Shown here one piece after another: positions 1 to 15,422 of a DNA stretch of 64,000 bases. The notes under the pieces were generated by a model. The model ran no database searches. It saw nothing but the letters and a program-made list of their open reading frames with translations, and was not told where the DNA came from. Position numbers and translations under genes: made by a program. Source of the stretch: the human T2T-CHM13v2.0 reference genome, Homo sapiens. The stretch's first letter is position 1; the number at the start of each line of letters is the position of its first letter. The DNA lies in assembly GCF_009914755.1 (NCBI RefSeq), contig NC_060934.1. One strand, given 5' to 3'.

Positions 1-3000
1 AGAATACACAAGTATCAATAGCTGAATAGATCAAGCAAAAGAAAGGATATCAGTGATTGAAGACAATCAACTTAATGAAATAAAGAGCCAAGACAAGATT
101 AGAGAACAAAGAATAAAAAGGAACAAACAAAGCCTCCAAGAAATATGGGACTATGTGAAAAGACCAAATCTACGTTTGATTGGTGTACCTGAAAGTGATG
201 GGGAGAATGGAACCAAGTTGGAAAATACTCTTCAGGATATTATCCAGGAGAATTTCCCCAACCTAGCAAGACAGGCCAACATTCAAATTCAGGAAATACA
301 GAGAACACCACAAAGATACTCCTCAAGAAGAGCAACTCCAAGACACGTAATTGTCAGATTCACCAAGGTTGAAATGAAGGAAAAAATGTTCAGGGCAGCC
401 AGAGAGAAAGGTCGGGAGGTCGGGTTACCCACAAAGGGAAGCCCATCACACGAACAGTGGATCTCTCAGCAGAAACCCTACAAGCCAGAAGAGAGTGGGG
501 GCCAATATTCAACATTCTTAAAGAGAAGAATTTTCAACCCAGAATTTTATATCCATCCAAACTAAGCTTCATAAGCAAAGGAGAAATAAAATCATTTACA
601 GACAAGTAAATGCTAAGGGATTTTGTCACCACTACACTTGCCTTACAAGAGCTCCTGAAAGAAGCACTAAACATGGAAAGGAACAACCGGTACCAACCAC
701 TGCAAAAACATACCAAATTTTAAAGAACATTGACACTATGAAGAAACTGCATTAACTAATGGGCAAAACAACAGCTAACATCATAATCATCATAATGACA
801 GGATAAAATTCACACATAACAATACTAACCTTAAATGTAAGTGGGCTAAATGCCCCAATTAAAAGACACAGACTGGCAAATTGGATAAAGAGTCAAGACC
901 AATCAGTGTGCTGTATTCAGGAGACCCATCTCATGTGCAAAGAAACACACAGGCTCATAATGAAGGGATGGAGGAAGATCTACCAAGCAAATCGAAAGCA
1001 AAGAAAAAAAAAGCAGGAGTTGCAATCCTGCTCTCTGATAAAACAGACTTGAAACCAACAAACATCAAAAGAGACAAAGAAGGCCATTACATAATGGTAA
1101 AGGGAACAATGCAGCAAGAAGAACTAACTATCCTAAATATATATGCGCCCAATACAGGAGCATCCAGATTCATAAAACAAGTTCTTAGAGACCTACAAAG
1201 AGACTTAGACTCCCACACAATAATAGTAGGAGACTTTAACACCTCACTGTCAATATTAGATGGATCAACAAGACAGAAAATTAACAAGGATATTCAGGAC
1301 TTGAACTCAGCTCTGGATCAAGCAGACCTAATAGACATCTACAGAACTCTCCACCCCTATCAACAGAATATACATTCTTCTCAGCACCCCATTGCACTTA
1401 TTCTAAAATTGACCACATAATTGGAAATAAAACACTCCTCAGCAAATGCAAAAGAACAGAAATCATAACAGACTCTCAGACCACAGTGCAATCAAATTAG
1501 AACTCAGGATGAAGAAACTCACTCAAAACCACCCAAATACATGGAAACTGAACAACCTGCTCCTGAATGACTACTGGGTAAATAACGAAATGAAGGCTGA
1601 AATAAAGATGTTCTTTGAAACCAATGAGAATGAAGACACAACGTACCAGAATCTCTGGAACACAGCTAAAGCAGAGTTTAGAGGGAAATTTATAGCACTA
1701 AATACCCACAAGAGAAAGCAGGAAAGATCTAAAATCTACATCCTAACATCAAAATTAAAAGAACTAGGGAAGCAAGAGCAAACAAATTAAAAACCTAGCA
1801 GAAACATGAAATAATTAATATCAGAGCAGAACTGAAGGACATAAAGACACAAAAACCCTTCAAAAAAATCAATGAATCCAGGAGCTGTTTTTTTGAAAAA
1901 GATCAACAAAATAGACTGCTAGCAAGACTAATAAAGAAGAAAGAAGAATCAAATAGATGCAATAAAAAATGATACACAGGATATCACCACTGATCACACA
2001 GAAATACAAACTACCATCAGAGAATACTATAAACACCTCTATGCAAATAAACTAGAAAATCTAGAAGAAATGGATAAATTCCTGGACACATACAACCTCC
2101 CAAGTCTAAGCCAGGAAGAAGTCAAATCCCTGAATAGATCAATAACAAGTTCTGAAATTGAGGCAGTAATTAATAGCCTACCAACCAAAAAAAGTCCCGG
2201 GCCAGACAATTCACAGTGGAAATCTACCAGAGGTAAAAAGAGGAGCTAGTACCATTCCTTCTGAAACTATTCCAAACAATAGAAAAACAGGGAATCCTCC
2301 CTAACATTTTATGAGGCCAGCATCATCCTAATACCAAAACCTGGCAGAGACACACAAAAAAAAGAAACAAAAAAAAAGAAAGAAAGAAAATTTCAGGCCA
2401 ATATCCCTAACGAACATCGATGGGAAAATCGTCAATAAAATACTGGCAAACCGAATCCAGCAGCACATCAAAAAGCTTATCCATCACGATCAAGTTGGCT
2501 TCATCCCTGAGATGCAAGGCTGGTTCAACATATTCAAATCAGTAAACGTAATCCATCACATAAACAGAACCAAAGACAAAAAACACATGATTATCTCAAT
2601 AGATGCAGAAAAGGCCTTCGATAAAGTTCAACACCCCTTCATGCTAAAAACTCTCAATAAACTAGGTATCAATAGAACAAAACTCAAAATAATAAGAGCT
2701 ATTTATGACAAACCCACAGTCAATATCATACTGAATAGTCAAAAACTGGAAGCATTCCCTTTGAAAACTGGCACAAAACAAGGATGCCCTCTCTCACCAC
2801 ACTTATTCAACATAATATAGGAAGTTCTGGCTAGGGCAATCAGGCAAGAGAAAGAAATAAAGGGTATTCAAATAGGAAGAGAGAAAGTCAAATTGTCTCT
2901 GTCTGCAGATGACATGATTGTATATTTAGAAAACTCCATCGTCTCAGCCCAAAATTTCCATAAGCTGATAAACAACTTCAGCAAATCTCAGGATACAAAA

Positions 3001-4578
3001 TCAATGTGCAAAAATCACAAGCATTCCTATACACCAAGAACAGACAAACAGAGAGCCAAATGATGAGTGATCTCCCATTCACAATTGCTACTAAGAGGAT
3101 AAAATACCTAGGAATCCAACTTACAAGCGATGTGAAGGACCTCTTCAAGGAGAACTACAAGGAAATAAGAGATCAAGGAAATAAGAGAGGACACAAACAA
3201 ATGGAAAAAAATCCCATGCTTATGAATAGGAAGAATCAATATCGTGAAAATGGCCATACTGCTCAAATCAATTTATAGATTCAATGCTATCCCCATGAAG
3301 CTAGCTTGACTTTCTTCACAGAATTGGAAAAAACTACTTTAAACTTCATGTGGAACCAAAAAAGAGCCCACAATCCAAGACAACCCTGGGCAAGAAGAAC
3401 AAAGCTGGAGGGATCACGCTACTGACTTCAAACTATACTACAAGTCTACAGTAACCAAAACAGCATGCTACTGGTACCAAAACAGATATATAGACCAATG
3501 GAACAGAACAGAGGCCTCAGAAATAACACCACACATCTACAACCATCCGATCTTGACAAACCTGACACACACAAGCAATGGGGAAAAAATTCCCTATTTA
3601 ATAAATAGTGTTGGGAAAACTGGTTAGTCATATGCAGAAAACTGAAACTGGACCCCTTCCTTACACCTTTTAAAAAAAATCAACTCAAGATGGATCGAAG
3701 ACTTAAATGTAAGACCTAGGACCATAAAAATCCTAGAAGAAAATCTGGGCAATACCATTCAGGACATACATACGGGCAAAGACTTCATGTTCAAAACACC
3801 AAAAGCAAGGGCAACAAAAACCAAAATTGACCAATGGGATCTAATTAAACTAAAGAGCTTCTGCACAGCAAAAGAAACTATCATCGGAGTGAACCGGCAA
3901 CCTACAGAATGGGAGAAAATTTTTGTAATCTATCCATCTGACAAAGGGCTAATATCCAGAATCTACAAAGAACTTAAACAAATTTACAAGAGAAAAACAA
4001 CCCCATCAAAAAATGGGAAAAGGATATGAACAGACACTATTCAAAAGAAGACATTTATGCAGCCAACAGACATATGAAAAAATGCTCATCATCACTGGGA
4101 TGTTTATTGTTGCACTATTCACAATAGCAAAGACTTTGAACCAACCCAAATGTCCATCAATGATAGACTGGATAAAGAAAATGTGGCACATATATACCAT
4201 GGAATACGATGCAGCTATAAAAAAGGATGAGTTCATGTCCTTTGCAGGGACATGGATGAAGCTGGAAACCATCATTCTCAGCAAACTGTCACAAGATCAG
4301 AAAACCAAACATCACATGTTCTCACTCATAAGTGGGAGTTGAACAATGAAAACACATGGACACAGGGAGGGGAACATCACACACCAGGGCCTGTCGGGGG
4401 TGGGGGACCTAGGGGAGTGATAACATTAGGAGAAATACCTAACATAGGGGACGGGTTGATGGGTGCAGCACAGCAAACCACCAGGGCACGTGCATACCTA
4501 TGCAACAAAACTGCACGTTCTGCCCATGTAACCCAGAACTTAAAGTATAATAATAAATAAATAAACATACAAACAAAC
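1..4578 (+). mobile_element. LINE-1, L1PA6-like, degenerate; 5' part lies outside the window (ORF1 3' part, ORF2, 3'UTR, A-rich tail)
   Basis: ORF1 peptide (QSLQEIWDYVKRPNLRLIGVPE), ORF2 EN/RT pieces ([27 protein letters not shown]), L1 3'UTR and aataaa tail at ~4550-4578; many stops and frameshifts; ~290-nt internal deletion near 4098. Confidence 0.95.
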
Positions 4579-4579
4579 A

Positions 4580-5635
<1,056 letters not shown>

Positions 5636-6914
5636 GCAAATGTTAACATATTGAGAACAATAGGAAAAATGAATGTGCTTACGTTATTTTTCCAGATACT
5701 CCTTAATTTGTAATTATGAGGGGAAAACATGTTCCAATTTGAAGAAAAACTATTACTTTATTAAAGAAACAGAAAAACAGAAAAAAACAAAAACTGAAGT
5801 CTTTACTAAAACTTTCCAAATTGTTTAACATTTAGATTAAGGAAACAAGTTCTATTGTGTATTAAGGTCAACAGATATTCTCAGATATACTCTCAAAATT
5901 GCAGTCAAAACTCTTAATTACTTATCCACCAGTTGATTTGGAAACAGGACGTAACATCTATGAATCTGACACTGCGCCATGCCTCAGCTACAATGATAAA
6001 TCAAATTCAGCAAATAACTTCAAGGAGCTCGGTCTTATAGGGAAATTCCCTATAAATAGAACACTACAACAGTATGATCAGACCTCTAATTATATGATGA
6101 AATTTTGTTATGGAAACACAGAAGAGAAAGAGACCAAAGAAGACCAGAAAAGACTTCACAGAGGAGGTGACATTTCAACTGAGTCTGCAAGGCTGAATGA
6201 AAAATCCCAGAGCCCTCATAGATGGGACTGAAGGCTCTTTACCTTCTAGTTGCTGTGGCACAAGAAACAATGTGGGCAAAGGCCCTGATGCCTGTGGGAG
6301 CACAATCTCTTTGGGAAACTTGCAATGTGGTGGGGGAGAAAAAGTGGTCATCTCATGAAGGGGTTTGTAGTCCACGCTACCCTGATGTGTATAAGGCTAT
6401 TTTCTCACTCTTACCATTGTGATCAACTGCAGAGAGTTCTAAGCTTCTGCAGTAGACATAAGTGCTTTCTCTAGAACTCTGGCTATTTTTGCCTACATTG
6501 GTTTTGCAGTATGTCTGTGTGTGTGCTTTCCAGAGCTATACAAAGGCAACTCCCTTCCAGTGCTGTAGAATGACTGCTGCAACTAATACGCATGTTTTCT
6601 TCTCTGTGGAATGAGAGAAGTTTTGAGTCCCATGTGTGTTGTCAGATAAATGACCACTTCTGATCTGGGTACCATCTAGAAACACCATATCATAATATTC
6701 AGAAGTAATTTATTCTGTGCTTAATTCCTGTGTCGCTTTTCCAACAAAGCCTCTTCTCTGCAACCTCTGTGGTTTTACTCACTAACCATTTTTTGCTCCC
6801 TTTACTGTAGATTCATTACACAAGCTTCCAAAAGGAAGCAAGTTCAATCATTCATTTATTCAAAAATATTGATTGGGTACCTACTATTTTATTCCAGGAA
6901 TAAACTTGGATGGC

Positions 6915-7370
6915 TATATTTGTTAAAGTAATGCTGTATGCTGTGGCAAATAAACTCCAAAATCTAGTGGCCTCACATAATAGGAACATATTTCTCACTC
7001 ATGAGACAGTTCAGTGCAGGTGCTGGGCTGGAAGCTATTTACGAACCAGGCTTTTTTGATCTTGTGGCTCCACCTTCCTTTAGGGCCTCAAAATCCTTCA
7101 CTTCCAGGGTCCAGATGTGAAGGAGAGGATGAGTAAGGCACATCTGCTTCATAATCACATCAACCTCGAAGTGATAAATCACATCTGCTCACATTCCATT
7201 AGTGAGAACTAGTCACATGGTCACAGGTAGATACAAGGGCTTGGTGGGGGGGCAGGCATGGGCAGCTGGACAATTTAGCCCTCACTGGGGCAGCACCTTC
7301 CAGCCACGAGTCTACACTGTAGAGGCAGAATATGCATCTCTGATGGATGGCTAGCCATCTCTGCAACCCT
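6915..7370 (-). mobile_element. Ancient ERVL/MaLR LTR (MLT1K/LTR33-like)
   Basis: ctagtggcctcacataatagg...tttctcactcatg and cacattccattagtgagaactagtcacatgg motifs; highly diverged. Confidence 0.55.
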
Positions 7371-8850
7371 GCTGGAGATTCTAAGACCTAAGATGAATCT
7401 GACTCATTCTGATACATGTGAGACTCTCTAACCAAACAAGACAGAAAGAATTAACACCTAACCAAATCCTTTCCATCTCTGCTAATTCACACCTTCTGAG
7501 AGTTAATTTAAAGAGCTAAAAAGAACCTGGAGAAAAAGTGTGAAAGCATTTTGCTAGGATCCATAAAAGTGGGTACTGACTAGAACAGAAGACCATAGAC
7601 AACAACTTGGCTTTCTGCCACCGGGTGCCAAAAATAAGGGTTTAGACCCATTGCATACAACAGAGTAGCCCATTTTCTAACAGTGTGAGTTCCCAGGCTC
7701 AGGATTAGATTTCACCTAATGTGCAACATCACAATCCATTGCCTAGAGCCCAATTACTCCAAAGCATGAGGCTGTGCCCCCCAATCACTGTGCCTACGTA
7801 AGCAGATTAGAGTCACCACATTTTTTGTATTAAAGATGATCTGCTTTTTATTTACCTCAAATGATTTCAATTTCCAGGAAGCAGGAAGATGACAGAATGT
7901 GTGCTCGAGTAGGCAGCGGGAGGCAACGGGGCGGAAGTATCATTTCTGTCAGCATTGCCATCTTGCCCCTGGGAGTTCTAGCAAAGAGCTGAGAGAGGGA
8001 TTTAGAACAGCGGTCACCTTTGATTAAGAACAGCGGTCACCCTCATTTTGCTCACTGAAGCTTTAATTGTGGATTCTGATCTGCTGGTTGGGGACTTTTG
8101 TATGAGACAGAAGCATGTAGCATTATCCTAGTACAATAGTGAATATAAATTGTTATTATAGAATCCTAGCATGACTAGGAAACTGAAATTCAGTTTATCA
8201 GGATGCTCCCTTAGACCCTGGATTCATGTATCCATTGGAGGGGATTTCTATGACTCTTCCTCCTCATACTCCTCCATCCTCCAGTTGCCTAGGCAGGGCT
8301 TTTGCTCCACTCTCTACTGAGGCAGGGGGGAAAGTCTCCATCACCATCTCTCTTAGTATCTTAACTAGTTCCTTGCCAAGGGAAGGGGACAGTCTCTGAA
8401 CTGAGAGTTTAGCATCTATGGAGGTATGTTTCCAGCCCTCTGTTTTCTGTTTAATTATTTTTCTGCTGCTGCTTCTATTGTTTGTATCAGGGTGGGCAAA
8501 TTGAAGAAGCAACATGGACTTTTTTCCACCTTCTCTGTGCTGTCCACCTCACAGTGGCCCTCTTCTCTTTCTTGCTCCCTGTGAGGGTGAGTTCTGCCTT
8601 CTAGACACAAGGCTGAAGGTTCATATCTCCCTGGTATTCAAAATCTATTGGCAACTCTGTATATAAAGGGGTTTATTATCCTCCACTTTTAGGCAAATGA
8701 ATTCAGGGTCTATTTTTGCTCCAATTCTCCCCACCAGCAAATCACAAGGTCTGAGCATGAGCAGATGTTAACAGAATGCTTCCATTTTGACTTCAGGCTA
8801 GGCTATTTTCTCCCATCCAGCTTTCCCAAGGAGCCCTGTATTTGGAGAAC

Positions 8851-9200
8851 TGTGTTAGTCTGTTTTCTCCCCACTAATAAAGACATACTCAAGACTGGGT
8901 AATTTATAGAGGAAAGATGTTTAATTGCTTCACAGTTCCACATGGCTGGGGAGTCCTCAGAATCATGGTGGAAGGTGAAAGGGGAGAAAGACACATCTTA
9001 CATGGCAGCAGGCAAGAGAGTGTGTGCAGGGGAACTCTATAAAACCATCAGATGTTGTGAGACTTATTCACCACTGTGGGAACAGTGTGGGGGAAACTGC
9101 CCACAAGATTCAATTATCTCCACCTGACCCTGCCCTCGACATGTGGGGATTATTATAATTTAAGGTCAGATTTGGGTGGGGACACAGCCAAACCATATCG
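8851..9200 (-). mobile_element. MaLR solo LTR (THE1D/MSTA-like)
   Basis: tgtgttagtc...gactgggtaatttata...gacacagccaaaccatatc; 5-bp TSD agaac/ggaac. Confidence 0.9.
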
Positions 9201-10659
9201 GGAACCATTAGGGCACCATTTGTAAAGCCAACTTATTAATCACTATTGATTCCCTGAGTCTGTTCCCTACCAGTTAGAACCAAGTGAGAGGAGTGATGAG
9301 AGGTTGGAACCTCTACCTTTTGACATGGATAAATGAGTTAAATAAAGGATCCCAAATAATCCTACTATACAGTACTATGCACCCTCAAATCTCAAAATAT
9401 AATCAATTATGTAGAAACAATACCAACTGAAGGCACTTTTTTCTACCTCTTTCTCTTACCAAATAATTGAAACCATATCATTTGTCCTTTATATACTTCA
9501 GGAAAAGTAAAAAATATGACAGGGGAATTCTGAGATGTATTGCCTACCATTTCTGGTTGTCAGTTTTAATGTTTGCTGAATACTGTGTTGGCATATGACA
9601 TCTGTCTTAAGTAGCAGCAATGCATCCTCTTGGACTCCCTCTGAGGTAATGCATCTTCCCTCCACTACTGAGCTGGGCCTTTTTGCTACCCCAACATTTT
9701 GCAGCTGCTGGAACCTCTCCTCAGTCTGGGATGCTTTCCTCTATGCCATCCAGAGTCCTAAAGGGAACACTGGCGGAAGAAGGGAATTAGAAAAAAAAAA
9801 ACACTTAGAATTTATCTAGTTCACACATACCAAGTTAATATTTAATTTTTTCAAATTTATATCTTTTTTCATGGATTTCCTACAACTAACAATTTATGGT
9901 ACTAAATCTGAATGAAAAAAATTCTGTAACCTGAAGAATTCATGTCCTAAGTTTTCTGGGATAAAAATAAGCAGAGCAGCAATTGAAATTTGTATTTCTC
10001 AGAAGGTAACAAGTATGGGGTCAGTACAGAAATCCCCTCAGGTGTCCTGAAGCCAGCTCTCCCCACTACCTTACTGATGCTCTTATTGATTTTCTTCTCC
10101 TTAAATATGGAATGTGTTTGCAAAGTCCCTGCACCCTCCCTTTTTGGAAAAATAAAGAAAACAACAAAGATACCCACTGTAACAGAAAAATAAAATATAC
10201 TGTCAGCTGGAGAAGCTTATCCAGCCCTTGCTGGAGCAAGATCATTGTGGTCTCTGAAGAAAAGGAATGATGACAGAGGAGAGAAAAGTAAGCATAATAG
10301 AAGGACCAGACTGAGAGAAAGAGGGAGAAAACAAGGGTTATGGGGATGAAAGGAAATAGTAAGAAGGAGGAGGAATAAGACTGAGGAAAAAAAGGTATGT
10401 GTTTTGTGGGATAAACTTAAAATCACAGAAGGCATAAAGTATCTGCCTGTAAGTCAGGAAGCGAATATATGGTGAGTACTTGCATCTGTGCAGGATAAAT
10501 GCCATGGCAAGATATCACTAATCCAGGGGGTAAAATCCATTCTCTGTCACTCAATTGCTGAGAAAACTTCAGTAGCTCTACATGACCTGCGACTGAGGGG
10601 CAAACACTAAAGTGGCAGACACTGGAGGCGTTTGATAATATGCCTCCATTTTTCCAAAT

Positions 10660-10985
10660 ACAATGGGATATCCCTTCAGTCCCTAATGTGAACCTCTTCT
10701 CCCACCACATGCTTACGTCCTGCAAGTCCAGAGAGTTGATGGCACTGCTTGACCACACTTCTGCCCCTGCCTGTATTACCCTTTTCATTCTTCCCACACA
10801 TCTACACGGAAATCCTATTCGACTATCAGGACTCACTTCACATTCCATCTCTTCCCAGAAGTTTTCCATAACCACCCCAAGCCTCAACTGATCTCCCCCA
10901 TTCTTTGAAATCTGGTTAAACTAGACCTGAATTATTCTCTTTCTGAAAGAAGTTGGAGAGTGAATGAACAAATGAATGAATGAAG
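10660..10985 (+). mobile_element. L2 3' fragment
   Basis: catctcttcccagaagttttcc...; terminal (gaat)n. Confidence 0.5.
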
Positions 10986-11749
10986 CAAATAAACTGTTTC
11001 CACATTTATTTACATTCTTAATTACTCATTGCCTTGCAGTGTTGATTACCGCATGTGTAAACCTTTCTCTTCTCTTACAGATTGCACACTCTAGCAAAGT
11101 CAGAACACAACAGACCCAGCATCACAAAAATACTTTTAATACTGAAATTCTTCTGCCTCTCTACCTTCAATGGATAACATTTCTTAGTGTCAATCAAAGG
11201 GAAAAGGTGTTCTATATGTGAAATTCCTCTTTGACTAAATGTGTCTGTGGAATTCAGGTTCTAGTAGATTCTGTTTTTTTAAAGAAACATCTTCTGCTTC
11301 AACTTTTAAGGAACAGGAAGCAATTTCTGAAAATCAAAGGAGGTTTCCCTTTTCCACACTAGCATCCCTCTTGGAAGGAAAGACGACTCCTGCCTGCTGA
11401 GCCATGTGGAACCAGGAACTGAGACAATGTCACATGAAAACTGTCCCACTGACTCGGCACTCATTTGCGTGATACTGTTTTTAAACAGAGTTTGAAGAGC
11501 CACATTCGCTGAGACCAACTGGCACGAAAAAAGTCTACCGAGAGTAAGCTTATAGTGGGGGCCACATTTTCATTGTTAATGTCATGATTTAAAAAAAAAA
11601 ATACTTTTTAAATTCGTGAAAGTAAGTTTATTTTATTTTAGATTTAATCACATTAGACAAGATTGTAAATATACTCTATTTATTAGCAAAGACAGAGTGA
11701 ACCAAACAGAGATAGCTAAGTTTTCTGACAAAACTGATTACATAACACA

Positions 11750-12700
11750 ACATCATTCATCATACATTTAACTTACACAGTATGATTATGAAAAAAATTA
11801 CTTTTGCAAAAGTATTTAAGAGTGTCATCAATTTTCCAAATAATTTCTCTCAATACTTTGGTAGGCAAAGACTGTACCTTCTTCTGAAGGTATCATATCA
11901 TTGCCCTTGCTGATTCTTTCCTCCAGCATTTTCTGCTCAAATATTACCAGATTTTCTTTGTCAATGGCTTTAGAGGGATCTACCCAGCTCTTCAACATTA
12001 ACTTATTATCTTCAGGAAATCCTGCATCTTTTATGAGATTAGAAGTTTCACTTTATTATTGAATTCTATGCATTCACATTATATTACCCGTTATTAAGCA
12101 GGAATAATGTTAGATCAAAAAAGACATTGACCTGTTGGACCAGCTAACATAACAGTGATAAGTAGTAAGAAATAATTGAATTGACTAATTTAATACAGGT
12201 GTTTTTCAAATGGCTATTGCTTTCCCATAGAGCTAACTAATGTCTGGATCTCCGAGAATAAACACTAGGACCATTAGGATCCTCTACTGTATACTTCAGT
12301 GCCAAAGTAAGTCTTCAGAATAAATTGATCTGCAAACAATTTGCTTCTAGTCTTTGAAAAAAATAAATACAGAAATTTAAAGTTAATTAAAGTAACTTTT
12401 ATAAAAATTTAGCATTTCTGGGACAACAAAGCATGGATCAGTGAATCTGTCTAATTGAATGAGATATAGACTATTTTGGGTGTTGTTGGATTTATGCAAT
12501 GAGCCAGCATGCTGCAAGCTGCATACTAGGCATTGTGCAGTAGAAAGACCATGTGTTAGTCTGTGATGAATTGGGATTTTTAAAAATTGATACTTCACCA
12601 CAGATACTTTGAGAAATACTGCTCTCTTTTATTCCATATAGCATCCAATGGTTCAAAAAAACATAAACCTTACCCATGTGGCAATACAAGTCCTATAGTA
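11750..12700 (-). mobile_element. Probable ancient Tigger/pogo transposase fossil
   Basis: Minus-strand translation gives RFTDPCFVVPEM (cf. WF..CF.PEV) and IKDAGFPED..NVEEL..KPLT (cf. Tigger C-terminal AGF.EV..DVEELL..PLT) in the expected order; very degraded. Confidence 0.5.
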
Positions 12701-13253
12701 AACACATCTTTCCAAGGGGGACTTTTGGTCATCCCTTTTTTTATTTTTTAATAAAGTGACAAATCCTTTGTTTTAAATTTTTTTTCTCTCATTACATTTT
12801 ACATCTGTGGATACACTTTACCATTGTAACTTTCTGAAATGAGCTGTCTCAGAATAGAATTCCTGACTTGTGAGATAGAGATCCCCATTGCTGGAGTTGT
12901 TTAAGCAGAAGCATGAGAACCACCTGGGGATGATTTTGCTAAGGGAGATTAGTATATGAGATGAATTTTGGAATTGTCAAATTCCTTCTGACTTAGAGAT
13001 TCTTCAACCATATGACGGGACTTCAAATAGTTCATGGGAAACTGGAATTGAAAGATAAAATTTTTTAAAAATGAATTTTATTTCTCAACATAAGCTCTTT
13101 GAAGTTCAAGGCACTTTTGGAAGTGATGATACCAGCCATTTAGCCCATCCCTAAAGAACTGAGAATCCTGGGAATTTAATCATGTCAATTCAATCTGTTT
13201 TACATTATTAACTTAAGAAAATTGGGCACCCTTTACGGATTTTTTTAAGATTA

Positions 13254-13562
<309 letters not shown>

Positions 13563-13574
13563 ATATATATATAC

Positions 13575-14126
13575 ACATATTTGTTTATTATACTTTAAGT
13601 TATGGGGTACAGGTGCAGAACATGCAGGTTTGTTACATAGGTATACATGTGCCATGGTGGTTTGCTGCACCCATCAACCAGTCACCAACATTAGGTGTTT
13701 CTCCTAATGCTATCCCTCCCCCTGCTCCCCTCTGCCGACAGGCCCCAGTGTGTGATGTTCCCCTCCCTGTGTCTATGTGTTCTCATTGTTCAACTCCCAC
13801 TTATGAGTGAGAACATGCAGTGTGTGGTTTTCTGTTCTTGTGTTAGTTTGCTTAGAATGATGGTTTCCAGCTTCATCCATGTCCCTGTAAAGGACATGAA
13901 CTCATCCTTTTTTATGACTGCCTAGTATTCCATGGTATATATGTGCCACATTTTCTTTATCCAGTCTATCATTGATGGGCATTACAGTTTGTTCCAAGTC
14001 TTTGCTATTGTGAACAGTGCTGCAGTAAACATACATGTGCATGTGTCCTTACAGTAGAATGATTTATAATCCTTTGGGTATATACCCAGTAATGGGATTA
14101 CTGGGTCAAAAGGTATTTCTAGTTCT
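13575..14126 (-). mobile_element. 5'-truncated L1PA 3' end (L1PA7-like)
   Basis: tattatactttaagtt...catgtgccatggtggtttgctgcacccatc...ggtatttctagttcta. Confidence 0.92.
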
Positions 14127-14225
14127 AAAGATTAAAAAACAGAAAGAAGTCAGAAAGAGCCAAATCAGGACTGTAAGGTGGATGCTAATGATTTTCCATT
14201 GAAACATTTGCAAAATTGCCCTTGT

Positions 14226-14537
14226 TTAGTATGAGGAATGTGCAGGAGCATTGTCATGCTGGGAAAGAACTCTCTGGTGAAGCTTTCCTGGGCATTTTTC
14301 TGCTAAAGCTTTGACTAACTTTCTCAAAACACTCTCATAGTAAGCAGATGTTACCATTCTTTGGCCCTCCAGAAAATCATCAAGCAAAATGCCTTGAGCT
14401 TTCCAAAAAACTGCTGCCATGACCTTTGTTCTTGACTTGTTCTCTTTTGCTTTGACTGGACCACTTCCACCTCTTCGTAGCCATTGTTTTGTCTTCAGCA
14501 TCATAGTGGTAAAGTCATATTCCATCCCATGTTGCAA
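14226..14537 (-). pseudogene. Hsmar2 transposase remnant (DDD domain part)
   Basis: KQWLRRGGSGPVKAK..KVMAAVFW..GILL.DFLEGQR..TSAYYESVLRKL..KCPGKLHQRVL..HDNAPAH. Confidence 0.9.
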
Positions 14538-15422
14538 TTCTTTGATGAAATGCTTCAGAATCTTGATCTTACTTATTTAAAATTTCCATTGAAAACTGCT
14601 CTTGTCTGCAGCTGATCTGGGCTTAATGGTTATGGCACTCATTAAGTGGAGAGTTTGTTCAGCTTTAATTTTTCAGTCAGAGTTGTGCAGGCAGAATCAA
14701 TTGAGGTGTCTATGGTGTTGGCTGTTGTTTCTGCTGTTAATCATTGGTCTTCTTCAATTAGGGCACAAACAAGATTGATTTCTTTTCCTTCTAAATTGAT
14801 GTTGATAGTCTGCCTCTGTGAGCTTCATCTTCAACCCCATCTTGTTCCTTCTTAAAATTAGTTATCCATTTGTAAACTGCTGGTTTGGGATAGTTTTCTC
14901 ATAACTTTTTGTAAAGCATCAGTGATGTCTCCATTCTTCCACCCAAGCTTCATTATAAATTTGATGTTTGTCCTTGCTTCAAGTTTAGCAGAATTTATGT
15001 TGCTCTGATAGGGGCTGTTTTCAAACTAGTGTCTTATCCTTCTTAGTGCCTCAAACTAAGTTCTGTTCACACACACTATAACAAGTTAGTTGTAGTTTAT
15101 TTTGATGCAAAAAAATTTGAAATTCATTTATAGTTTCTTCATAATATGCATTTTCCAAGGACTTTTTGAAGACCCCCCTCATACTTCATCACTAAGGGAG
15201 TCCAGCTAAATGAATTTCTAGATGTTTTTCCAGAAAAAATAAGCAAGACACAAGAAACAACCACGAGCAAAGAAACTTGGAAAGTAGTGGATACATTTAA
15301 ACAAACACGGAATATATAAATATAAAATAATCATAATGAATTATTTTCCAGGTTAACCCCATTACTTAGGTGCACAATTTTGAGCCTCGTAATCATTGTT
15401 CTGGAAATACTATAGTTTATTT

